From Pseudomonadota bacterium (GTDB lineage Bacteria; UBA10199; 2-02-FULL-44-16; JBDRGF01), in assembly GCA_043818055.1 (NCBI GenBank), contig JBDRGF010000055.1:1-19964 (forward strand): a stretch of 19,964 bases of DNA. The letters run 5' to 3'. The notes under the pieces are model-generated. The model saw only the letters and a program-made list of their open reading frames with translations. It did not search any database and was not told the origin of the DNA. The position numbers and the translations under genes are program-made. Below are positions 1 to 6,778 of this stretch, piece after piece. Position 1 is the stretch's first letter. The number at the start of each line of letters is the position of its first letter.

Positions 1-312
1 TGGATATTAGCTGAAAATTATAAATTCATCAAATATACAACAAAGGAGGATTGTTGGACTATTATAAATGTTCCAGATGGTCTAACATATTTACTAAATC
101 GCAAAACAGGAAGTACTTGGCGTTGGTATAGAAACTATAAAAAGGGTGAATTTGCTGAATTTGAAGAAGAAGGCTGGACGCCAGTTTTATTTGATGTAGG
201 TTTATCAAAATTTACAGATCCGAATAACGCACAAGCTACTTTAATAACTTATACCAACATTATCAATAAAATTGACATGAAAAATATACAAAAAAAGAAT
301 CAACAAAAATAA
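1..312 (+). CDS. 3' part of a hypothetical protein (5' end outside window)
   Basis: Frame +1 is open from base 1 (WILAENYKFIKYTTKEDCWTII...KKNQQK) to TAA at 310-312. It is absent from the ORF track, and I recognise no motif. Confidence 0.65.
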   Translation, partial: WILAENYKFIKYTTKEDCWTIINVPDGLTYLLNRKTGSTWRWYRNYKKGEFAEFEEEGWTPVLFDVGLSKFTDPNNAQATLITYTNIINKIDMKNIQKKNQQK

Positions 313-353
313 ATAAAGTTCACTTTCGTATTGTGTAAAGCCTGTGGCTATTT

Positions 354-410
354 ATCCCTCCTAACCTATCCCTGTTATGCAACAGGGCATGCCTTAGTAA
401 AGGGAGGGAT
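354..410. repeat. Compound palindromic element or possible bidirectional terminator between convergent genes
   Basis: Outer arms ATCCCTCC (354-361) and GGAGGGAT (403-410) enclose an inner hairpin CCCTGTT-atgc-AACAGGG (370-387). Confidence 0.5.
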
Positions 411-415
411 TTCTA

Positions 416-1051
416 CTAATAATTCAACATCCAATTTGGAAGAGTATAGCTCAACATCGTTCCATCTATTATGTAGTATGGAATTATTCTTTTTTCTACG
501 AAGTCTATAACCTTAGGAAATATTTCCAGTGCCTCTGCGTGTATTTCATATTTGGGTAATGCCTCATCTAAACGTTTTATATATTCCTTTGGATCAACCA
601 AGCGTGTATCGAACGCGTCAAAGATATCTTTTACATCCTGTTTGCGATTTGCGGAGCTTAAAAAGTTTGAAAATGTTTTTGAAATTAAAACATCTGTGGG
701 ATTTAATCTTGTCACGTTTAAACAGTTAAATTTCTTAAAAGATATGAATTGTGGTTGAGGTGGCAGCCAGACTATTGCAACGGGAACGATATCTAGATAC
801 ATTCCATAGCGAAAAGAGCCCGGACTTCTCTTGCCATATTCCTTTTCCAAAAAATTTAAAACATCCATGTTTTTGGGATCATTCAAAATATCGGTTTTCA
901 ATGTATCGACGTCTTTAGTACCTCTTTCGGGCAGGCCGGCAATCTCAAGTGCAGAAAATCCAATAAGTTTAAATTCTATCGTAATACGATCAAAATTTTT
1001 ATGAACTGCGTCATCTATCTCTGTAAAATATGTGGTGTAGTTTTCAATCAT
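416..1051 (-). CDS. DUF6036/AbiEii-like nucleotidyltransferase, putative type IV TA toxin
   Basis: Motif LIGFSAL...RGTKDVD resembles the G-x-x-A...R-x-T-x-D-x-D signature of Pol-beta superfamily AbiEii/DUF6036 enzymes. Start moved to ATG 1051 (MIENY), which has GAGGAG about 10 nt upstream and an ATGATTGA overlap with the upstream stop. Confidence 0.7.
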   Translation of the reverse strand: MIENYTTYFTEIDDAVHKNFDRITIEFKLIGFSALEIAGLPERGTKDVDTLKTDILNDPKNMDVLNFLEKEYGKRSPGSFRYGMYLDIVPVAIVWLPPQPQFISFKKFNCLNVTRLNPTDVLISKTFSNFLSSANRKQDVKDIFDAFDTRLVDPKEYIKRLDEALPKYEIHAEALEIFPKVIDFVEKRIIPYYIIDGTMLSYTLPNWMLNY

Positions 1052-1730
1052 GGCTTGCACTCTCCTCGATGAATTTAGATACATATTCAGGTGTAATATC
1101 TGCTAATGTGTTTTGTTGATACGACCCGCCTGTTATCGAATCGAGTTTTTCCTCAAGTTCCAATAACTGCTTTTCAATCCTTTTGTCGTAAGTTAAAAAA
1201 TTCTTATTTGTCTCGGAGAGGATTCCAATAATCGCCTTTAGATTGGAAAGTAGTATCTCATTATCTATCTTTGTTATGATTCGTGATATTGATAGTTTGT
1301 TATTGTAGATTTGATAATAGATGGTTGTTGCCAGCGCTGCCGCAAATCGTGGATCATCAACTTCGCTCAAGGCGACATTTAGAAAATCTTCATAAGTTTG
1401 AAAGTGTTTTTTGATATCGATCGTCTGTTTGCTTTTTAAATGACGAGCCCCATAAAAAACCAATCCAGCCCTTAGTATATCCTCCTGATCGTAAGAGATG
1501 GAGCTCTGTTCACCGATAAAATATGACAAGGTGCGATTAAAAATTTTAGACAGAAAACAGAGTTTCTCCGCGGGGATTGATGTCGTGCCGTTTTCAATTC
1601 GCGAGATGGTTGGTTGTGTAACACCTAGCACCTTTGCAAGATATGCTGCGCTGATGTTTTCCTCTTCACGCAGTTTTCGAATGGCCTTACCTATTCGGCT
1701 CCTGAATTCCCTGATCTCTATCGGTTCCAT
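1044..1730 (-). CDS. XRE-family HTH protein with C-terminal extension, putative antitoxin/regulator
   Basis: IRKLREEENISAAYLAKVLGVTQPTISRIENG is a typical Cro/C1 HTH, and the gene is translationally coupled to the NTase. Start chosen at ATG 1730 (MEPIE); the track's 1769 start is possible. Confidence 0.8.
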   Translation of the reverse strand: MEPIEIREFRSRIGKAIRKLREEENISAAYLAKVLGVTQPTISRIENGTTSIPAEKLCFLSKIFNRTLSYFIGEQSSISYDQEDILRAGLVFYGARHLKSKQTIDIKKHFQTYEDFLNVALSEVDDPRFAAALATTIYYQIYNNKLSISRIITKIDNEILLSNLKAIIGILSETNKNFLTYDKRIEKQLLELEEKLDSITGGSYQQNTLADITPEYVSKFIEESASHD

Positions 1731-1762
1731 AGGTGCAAATATGGCATAAATTTTGACCTTTG

Positions 1763-1778
1763 TATACATAAATGTATA
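1763..1778. promoter_or_regulatory. Operator-like palindrome TATACAT-aa-ATGTATA upstream of the XRE gene
   Basis: Perfect 7-bp arms. Same TATNCAT-N2-ATGNATA pattern as the sites inside the ~200-bp repeats. Confidence 0.55.
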
Positions 1779-1819
1779 TAGCTTATCATAAATATCTGTA
1801 ATATATGATCTATACTAGA

Positions 1820-2018
1820 TTCTTATTCATATACGCATAATTTATGCATATATGAATAGAAAATTGGGAAAATGGTTATAAATCTACAGGTTGAGACAGT
1901 TGAGAGGTTTCTTCTATCAATATATAGGTGATGAGTGGGATGATAATCGAATGACAGAAAACAAAAGGGTGGACACATAGGTCCACCCCTACAAGAGCAT
2001 TAACAACGGACCCTTCCC
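1820..2018. repeat. ~200-bp direct repeat element, copy 1
   Basis: TTCTTATTCATATACGCATAA...GAATAGAAAATTGGGAAAATGGTTATAAATC...GGTTTCTTCTATCA...TATATAGGTGATGA...CCCCTACAA...CATTAACAACGGACCCTTCCC aligns by eye with 6527-6721 and 8436-8665. Confidence 0.95.
1966..1992 (-). repeat. GTAG-type REP hairpin
   Basis: GGGTGGAC-acatag-GTCCACCC followed by CTAC (GTAG on the minus strand). Confidence 0.75.
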
Positions 2019-2129
2019 GACCTGCCAGGTTAGAAAGAGCGGCTTGTGTTGGGTGTGAGACGGGTTTTGAGAAAGCGGGGGAGAGATGCGGAATAAGAAC
2101 TTTAGAGCGTAAGAGCTTGAGAATGGGGT

Positions 2130-2196
2130 GTTATTGCGAGGAGCGTATCCGCCAGAGGCTAATCAGCCTTTGGCTGAAGCGACGTGGCAATCTCGG
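2130..2196 (+). repeat. GTCATTGCGAG...GCAATCTC-type palindromic repeat with a nested hairpin
   Basis: GTTATTGCGAGGAGC...AGCGACGTGGCAATCTC matches the reverse complement of 10085-10122 but is interrupted by GCCAGAGGCT-aatc-AGCCTTTGGC. Confidence 0.7.
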
Positions 2197-2217
2197 CGCG
2201 GGCTGTGAGGTTCGGGG

Positions 2218-2249
2218 CTACTCCCTGTACAATGCGGTACAGGGAGTAG
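2218..2249. repeat. Perfect 13-bp inverted repeat
   Basis: CTACTCCCTGTAC-aatgcg-GTACAGGGAGTAG. Confidence 0.7.
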
Positions 2250-2388
2250 AGGGACAGCGAGGAAGAAGCTTTAAATAGCTAGCTCCCGGCAAATGTCCGC
2301 AATACAGCAACCTCCTTGCATTATTATCGAATAATGCTTATCTGGCATGACATTCTCGAAACACCAAAGTTTCATCAAGGAGAGCGAC

Positions 2389-4077
2389 ATGAACATATCA
2401 ACTGGCTATTTGCTACATCCCAATCCCTTCAACAGTTTTCTAAATTGCAACTTGTCGAAGAAAAAGAAATCCAAGACCAAAACTACCCCTACAAAAAAGC
2501 AACCGCCAAAGCCCGTTTCTGATCCACAATTGGGAAAGATGCTGTTAGTGCATAATAGATTAAATCGACGCTTGCTTGGGTATATGATCAGCGTAACAGC
2601 AAGTGTGCCTCGCACTAAATCATTGATGGCAAAATATCCAAACACAATAATGGCCAAGGAGCTTGAACAAAAATTGAAGATTGGCTCGCTTGATGGAAAA
2701 CCGGGTTACAGCTTGGTGGAGAATCGTGTAAGAGCTCACATTTATTCCAGATTGGGAGTCATCAGTCCCATGGGTGTTATGTTTTATCGACCTGAGTTGT
2801 CTCAAATACGATCAACGTTAAGGGGATTGTATAGTGTTTATTCTTCAGCAAAAGGAAGAAAGCAAAATATTCAGCAGGTCTATATCTTTTTCGAAAATTG
2901 GAACAAATATTGCGATGCCTATGGCATTGCGAAGGATAAGAAAGTGCGCAAACAGTTGATCACGCGCATGGAAAGAAAATTGCAAATATTTTACACCTCA
3001 GAAAGTGGCAAACCTCTAAATATCAGTTTTAAAATTGTCACCAAAATGAACCATTTCGATTCTGCAAAAGCCAACAAGGCAAAGATTGTTTTAATTTCAT
3101 CGCCGGAGAGGGGTAAGGGTAAAGGAGGTGGGCATTTTCTTAACGCATTATTAAAGAATAAACTAGGTGTAAGGATATCGAAAACTCAGCAAACTTTCTT
3201 TCAACAACATGCTAACAAAATTATGAAGGGCTATGCTCGAACTACTCTCTGTTCAACACCACCCATATTCTATTTTAAATCTTGGATGAAACGCAGATTT
3301 CCTAAGATAGAGTTGGTAGCAAGACTTCAAAAGGAGATCTGGGAGAATCGCATCTTTAACAAGAAGCTATCGGATGAGACGGTTATCTTGCGAGCGATTA
3401 CAGATCCAAAAATTGCACACCTGATCTTAAGACTTAAGAAGCCTGAAGGAAAAGAACTCCTACATACAATCAATATGTATAGACGGAGTATGCCTAAGGC
3501 TTTAGCCGAACATATCCTTCAAAAGTTGCGATACTGGCAACAGGAGTTCAAAAAATCGCACTTTACACAACGTATTTATGAAGGCGCTGAGCTTAAAGCT
3601 GCCAACTTTTTGATGTTCACATATTATAAAAAACAGCTCAAAAAGTTTAAGAAAAACCCTAAGGCGATTGAGATAGTTTTAAAACAACGCTTCTTCAAGA
3701 AAATGCTTATTAAAAGCATGAACCATGATTGGGGGATGGCGCTCATTGGATGTAAATTCAACAGTGGTAATAGGCGCTCCACGGGTTATATCTTACTCAG
3801 CTTGAATCAGCGAAGAAAGTGGATGAAGAAACACATTCAATTCGAACGTTTAGTCAACACGATCGCTCATGAGGTTGGTCATACCTTAGGTCTGCAACAT
3901 CACTATGTTGGTAGAATGTTACGTGGCCAACTGAGCTCCAAAGTTATCAAGGGGAAAAAATATTATTATGAACCTACGATGGTCGCCGGACCATTTCGAT
4001 ACGATAGTAACACTGCTTTTCAGTTTTCTCCACCTAACAAGAGGGTATTGAGGTGGATGCTGGGCACAAAACGCTAG
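2389..4077 (+). CDS. Lys-rich protein with C-terminal metzincin-type zinc metalloprotease motif
   Basis: HEVGHTLGLQH fits HExxHxxGxxH, with a candidate Met-turn downstream (PTMV). Start moved to ATG 2389, preceded by AAGGAG at 2377-2382. No obvious signal peptide. Confidence 0.75.
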   Translation: MNISTGYLLHPNPFNSFLNCNLSKKKKSKTKTTPTKKQPPKPVSDPQLGKMLLVHNRLNRRLLGYMISVTASVPRTKSLMAKYPNTIMAKELEQKLKIGSLDGKPGYSLVENRVRAHIYSRLGVISPMGVMFYRPELSQIRSTLRGLYSVYSSAKGRKQNIQQVYIFFENWNKYCDAYGIAKDKKVRKQLITRMERKLQIFYTSESGKPLNISFKIVTKMNHFDSAKANKAKIVLISSPERGKGKGGGHFLNALLKNKLGVRISKTQQTFFQQHANKIMKGYARTTLCSTPPIFYFKSWMKRRFPKIELVARLQKEIWENRIFNKKLSDETVILRAITDPKIAHLILRLKKPEGKELLHTINMYRRSMPKALAEHILQKLRYWQQEFKKSHFTQRIYEGAELKAANFLMFTYYKKQLKKFKKNPKAIEIVLKQRFFKKMLIKSMNHDWGMALIGCKFNSGNRRSTGYILLSLNQRRKWMKKHIQFERLVNTIAHEVGHTLGLQHHYVGRMLRGQLSSKVIKGKKYYYEPTMVAGPFRYDSNTAFQFSPPNKRVLRWMLGTKR

Positions 4078-4124
4078 GGTCAAGAGCTATGGCAATCTCG
4101 GGGTTAAGCAAGTGCTAAAATAAA

Positions 4125-4540
4125 TTATTTTGATTTTCTTGTTAAAATCACCTTTATGCCTTCTCCTGAGCCAGCAGTTACTAAAACTATATTTGCTTCG
4201 GCGTCCATGCTCATATTAAGTTCTATCTTATCAAGTTGATATTTCTCGGTTTCAGTTTTAATTCCATCAACAAAGCGAATCATGTTATTAATTCCCTCAA
4301 TCAGTTTTTTTTCTTGCGAAAGTGTAACTCCAATTTTTTTAACAAATGAAACAGCTCCATCCCAAGCATCTCTTTGAAAAGTATAACCTACAGTTGGTCT
4401 AGGCTGTTTTTCTTTTTTGGCACCACTCATTACAAGTGCTTGAAACACAACTTCATCTACAGCTTTTTGTTTTGCATATGTAGTGTATGAAAAAAAAATG
4501 ACACTAAAACCAACGTAATAATTATAATTGTCTTTTTCAT
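4125..4540 (-). pseudogene. Small secreted protein with Pepco-like C-terminal domain, frameshifted at an A9 tract (4490-4498)
   Basis: AGGAGG plus ATG at 4540 begins a signal peptide (MKKTIIIITLVLVSFFF). One extra T in the T9 run joins it in frame to SYTTYAKQKAVDEVVFQALV... of ORF 4125-4448. The tail YQLDKIELNMSMDAEANIVLV...GIKVILTRK resembles Pepco/Trypco-type domains by eye. Confidence 0.6.
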
Positions 4541-4555
4541 TTTTGCCCTCCTGGA

Positions 4556-5161
4556 TTACTTTTGCTGTGCTTTACTGAAATTGAAAACTTTATCTAGCCT
4601 ATTTATCATATCCTGCACATTTTCACTGGGCTCAATTTCAAGTATGTCACACATTAATTTAAGATCATCTTTTGAACTATTATATCTCAGTTCTTTCTGA
4701 TGTTCGTCAAAATTAGCATCGGGGTTTTCCTTAGTTGCCCCTCCATTAGCCATTATCACAGCTCTTATCACTTTGTATGACCTCTTTTGACCATTTAATA
4801 TAATTAGATAGTATTTTTTTCGAGCTAAAAACATAAATAGCCTTTGAAAAAGGTAACCAATTAATAACGCGAAAACTATTGAACAGATTGGAATATAATA
4901 AAATTCATTTTTATTAAATTCAGACGTTTTGATTTGTGAAAAAATTAAACCGAAAACTCCACCTAACACAGAAAAAAATAGCCCTGGATATGTTAAATAT
5001 CTTTTAATGTAAGCCTTTTTTAGCGCATACGGTGACTCTCCATCCCAACTAAATATTGATTCTTTAGCTTCAACGGGACCTGAGATCTGGTGACGAAATG
5101 CTATCCAAAGCCCCGCAAGCAACGTTCCGAATGACAAAAAAGGAAGAGCTTTTAAAAACAT
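4556..5161 (-). CDS. Hypothetical membrane protein (about 3 TM segments)
   Basis: Three hydrophobic stretches followed by a soluble C-terminal part. GAGGTG precedes the ATG, and the gene ends 15 nt before the next start. Confidence 0.7.
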   Translation of the reverse strand: MFLKALPFLSFGTLLAGLWIAFRHQISGPVEAKESIFSWDGESPYALKKAYIKRYLTYPGLFFSVLGGVFGLIFSQIKTSEFNKNEFYYIPICSIVFALLIGYLFQRLFMFLARKKYYLIILNGQKRSYKVIRAVIMANGGATKENPDANFDEHQKELRYNSSKDDLKLMCDILEIEPSENVQDMINRLDKVFNFSKAQQK

Positions 5162-5304
5162 ATTATCACCTCGTAAATCGTTAATCTATATCCCTGCCTT
5201 CCTAGAGATAACAGCTTTTGTTTTTCGCTACATAGCTGTTTTACCCCTAGATCCCCACATCTCAACCCGAGGCTGCCCCGCCTTTAGCAGAAAGTGCGGG
5301 CTGA

Positions 5305-5389
5305 CCCCGTAGAGACGCTTCGCGTCCACGGGGCAAGCAAAACTCACAGCTCATGACGCAAAGCCCAAAGCACATAGCCCCTAGCCCCC
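5305..5389. repeat. GC-rich hairpin plus degenerate heptamer tandem array downstream of the HEPN gene
   Basis: Hairpin CCCCGT..GACGC-ttc-GCGTC.ACGGGG at 5305-5333. Heptamers AACTCAC AGCTCAT GACGCAA AGCCCAA AGCACAT AGCCCCT AGCCCCC at 5341-5389. Confidence 0.5.
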
Positions 5390-5390
5390 A

Positions 5391-5798
5391 TCATCCCAAC
5401 CTCTTAACATTCCTATTATAGAAGCTGACCATCTCTTCTAAAACTTTTACTGCAATTTTTGCATCCTTCTTTGTAACGTTCCTGCATTCATAGGCAGCCA
5501 GGTTTTTTAAATTTAGAATGCTATTGATTTCATTTGCCAAGCCTTTGAAATTACTCTTTCCTATTTGGTTGAGTTTTTGTTGTAGTAGTATTGGTGCCTG
5601 GGCATGGCCAGTAGTCTTGTTATCACTGCCGAAAAGATTTATGGATAGAGCATCCATATAATTGATGAGGCTTAAGCAAGCGGTACTGACACAGGCATCA
5701 TAAGCTTTTTCTTCCATCAGAAATTCAATAGGCAATTTGTGTTCTTCTGCCTTCTTTTGCAGAATTAGATAATCACTCTTTGGATAGTTCTTCGCCAT
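5391..5798 (-). CDS. HEPN-like protein, putative toxin of an MNT-HEPN pair
   Basis: 135 aa with a helical-looking pattern, a conserved-looking His (GHAQA) and KNLAAY where the HEPN Rx4-6H motif normally lies. Overlaps the upstream MNT gene. Confidence 0.65.
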   Translation of the reverse strand: MAKNYPKSDYLILQKKAEEHKLPIEFLMEEKAYDACVSTACLSLINYMDALSINLFGSDNKTTGHAQAPILLQQKLNQIGKSNFKGLANEINSILNLKNLAAYECRNVTKKDAKIAVKVLEEMVSFYNRNVKRLG

Positions 5799-6387
5799 TG
5801 TTCACCCAAATCAATTCGCCCTGTTTATAGACATCATCTAATGAAAGCCCTTTTTCTTTGTTTTCTTCACCTTCGATAAAAATGTGAATATCAAGATTTA
5901 ATTTCAGTTTTACAGCTTCATTCAGGAAATGTTCTTTGACTTTTTCGATTTCAGCATTAGATCTGATCACTATCGCAATATCAATGTCGCTTGAGGGTGT
6001 ATCATCTCCCTTAACTATGCTGCCGAAAAGAAATATCTCTTTGATTAAGGCCTTTAGATTTTGATCGAGCGATTGAAGTATGTCTTTTATAAAATCTTTA
6101 AAAAAATTTCTCTCTTTCGCAAAAAGAGGAATTATAATTTTTCTGGTTATGTACGATTCTTCATCAAGTTTATACAAAATAGTTTTTCCTGCATTGAATC
6201 TGTCGATTAGCTTCAGCTGTTCTAATGAATTGCAGGCTCTGCTTATTGTCGATGGATGGATTCCAACTGAATCACTTATCTGTTTTTGTGAAAAACGATT
6301 TGGTCGATTCCTATATAGAAATCGCAATATAGCCACTTGGGTTCTATCCCCTAAAATCTCTACACTAAGATTGCTGTAATAACCCAT
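5773..6387 (-). CDS. Winged-HTH plus minimal nucleotidyltransferase (MNT/MntA-like antitoxin)
   Basis: N-terminal wHTH (SQKQISDSVGIHPSTISRACNSLEQLKLI). C-terminal LFGSIVKGDDTPSSDIDIAIV is the GS...DxD MNT motif. Confidence 0.85.
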   Translation of the reverse strand: MGYYSNLSVEILGDRTQVAILRFLYRNRPNRFSQKQISDSVGIHPSTISRACNSLEQLKLIDRFNAGKTILYKLDEESYITRKIIIPLFAKERNFFKDFIKDILQSLDQNLKALIKEIFLFGSIVKGDDTPSSDIDIAIVIRSNAEIEKVKEHFLNEAVKLKLNLDIHIFIEGEENKEKGLSLDDVYKQGELIWVNNGEELSKE

Positions 6388-6409
6388 AGATATCGTTTAT
6401 ATATCTTTA

Positions 6410-6463
6410 TTGCAAAACTGCAACATATATTTCAAATTTGCAATATATATTGCAAATTTGCAA
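6410..6463. promoter_or_regulatory. Three 14-bp palindromic operator-like sites at 20-bp period
   Basis: TTGCAAAACTGCAA (6410), TTTCAAATTTGCAA (6430) and TTGCAAATTTGCAA (6450, perfect palindrome), directly upstream of the wHTH-MNT start. Confidence 0.7.
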
Positions 6464-6526
6464 CATAGGTTGGTGAGGATATAACCCGAACGAGCTAACA
6501 TATCGAAATAACTAAATTATTCTCGT

Positions 6527-6721
6527 TTCTTATTCATATACGCATAAATTATGCATATATGAATAGAAAATTGGGAAAATGGTTATAAATCAATAGGTTG
6601 AGCCAATTGAGAGGTTTCTTCTATCATTATATATAGGTGATGACTGGGATGACAATCGAACAACATAAGAGAAAAGGGCGGCCACAGGGGGCAGCCCCTA
6701 CAAAAACATTAAAATACGGAC
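6527..6721. repeat. ~200-bp direct repeat element, copy 2
   Basis: Core is near-identical to copies 1 and 3. Contains AATCAATAGGTTG (6588-6600), a GTAG REP (6675-6701) and CATTAAAATACGGAC. Similarity to copy 3 extends left to about 6492. Confidence 0.95.
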
Positions 6722-6778
6722 TTCGGCAACAGGCTCTACTAAGGGGAGAAAGCGCACAATCCATAACTCACAGCGGCT

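Noticed and set aside
1824..1858. XerC/D dif or pdif site (GCATAA...TTATG resemblance)
   Set aside because: Only 1 nt separates the arms instead of 6, and there is no TTATGTTAAAT XerD arm. Two tandem 16-bp palindromes explain it better.
2318..2337. Palindrome GCATTATT-atcg-AATAATGC upstream of the metzincin
   Set aside because: It is a real 8-bp inverted repeat and could be an operator, but it is a single instance with no match to motifs A-C and no assignable regulator.
6607..6655. Sigma70 promoters within the repeat (TTGTCA-N18-TATAAT on minus; TTGAGA-N17-TATATA on plus)
   Set aside because: The hexamers and spacing are not conserved across the three copies and the background is AT-rich. 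They cannot be supported without TSS data.
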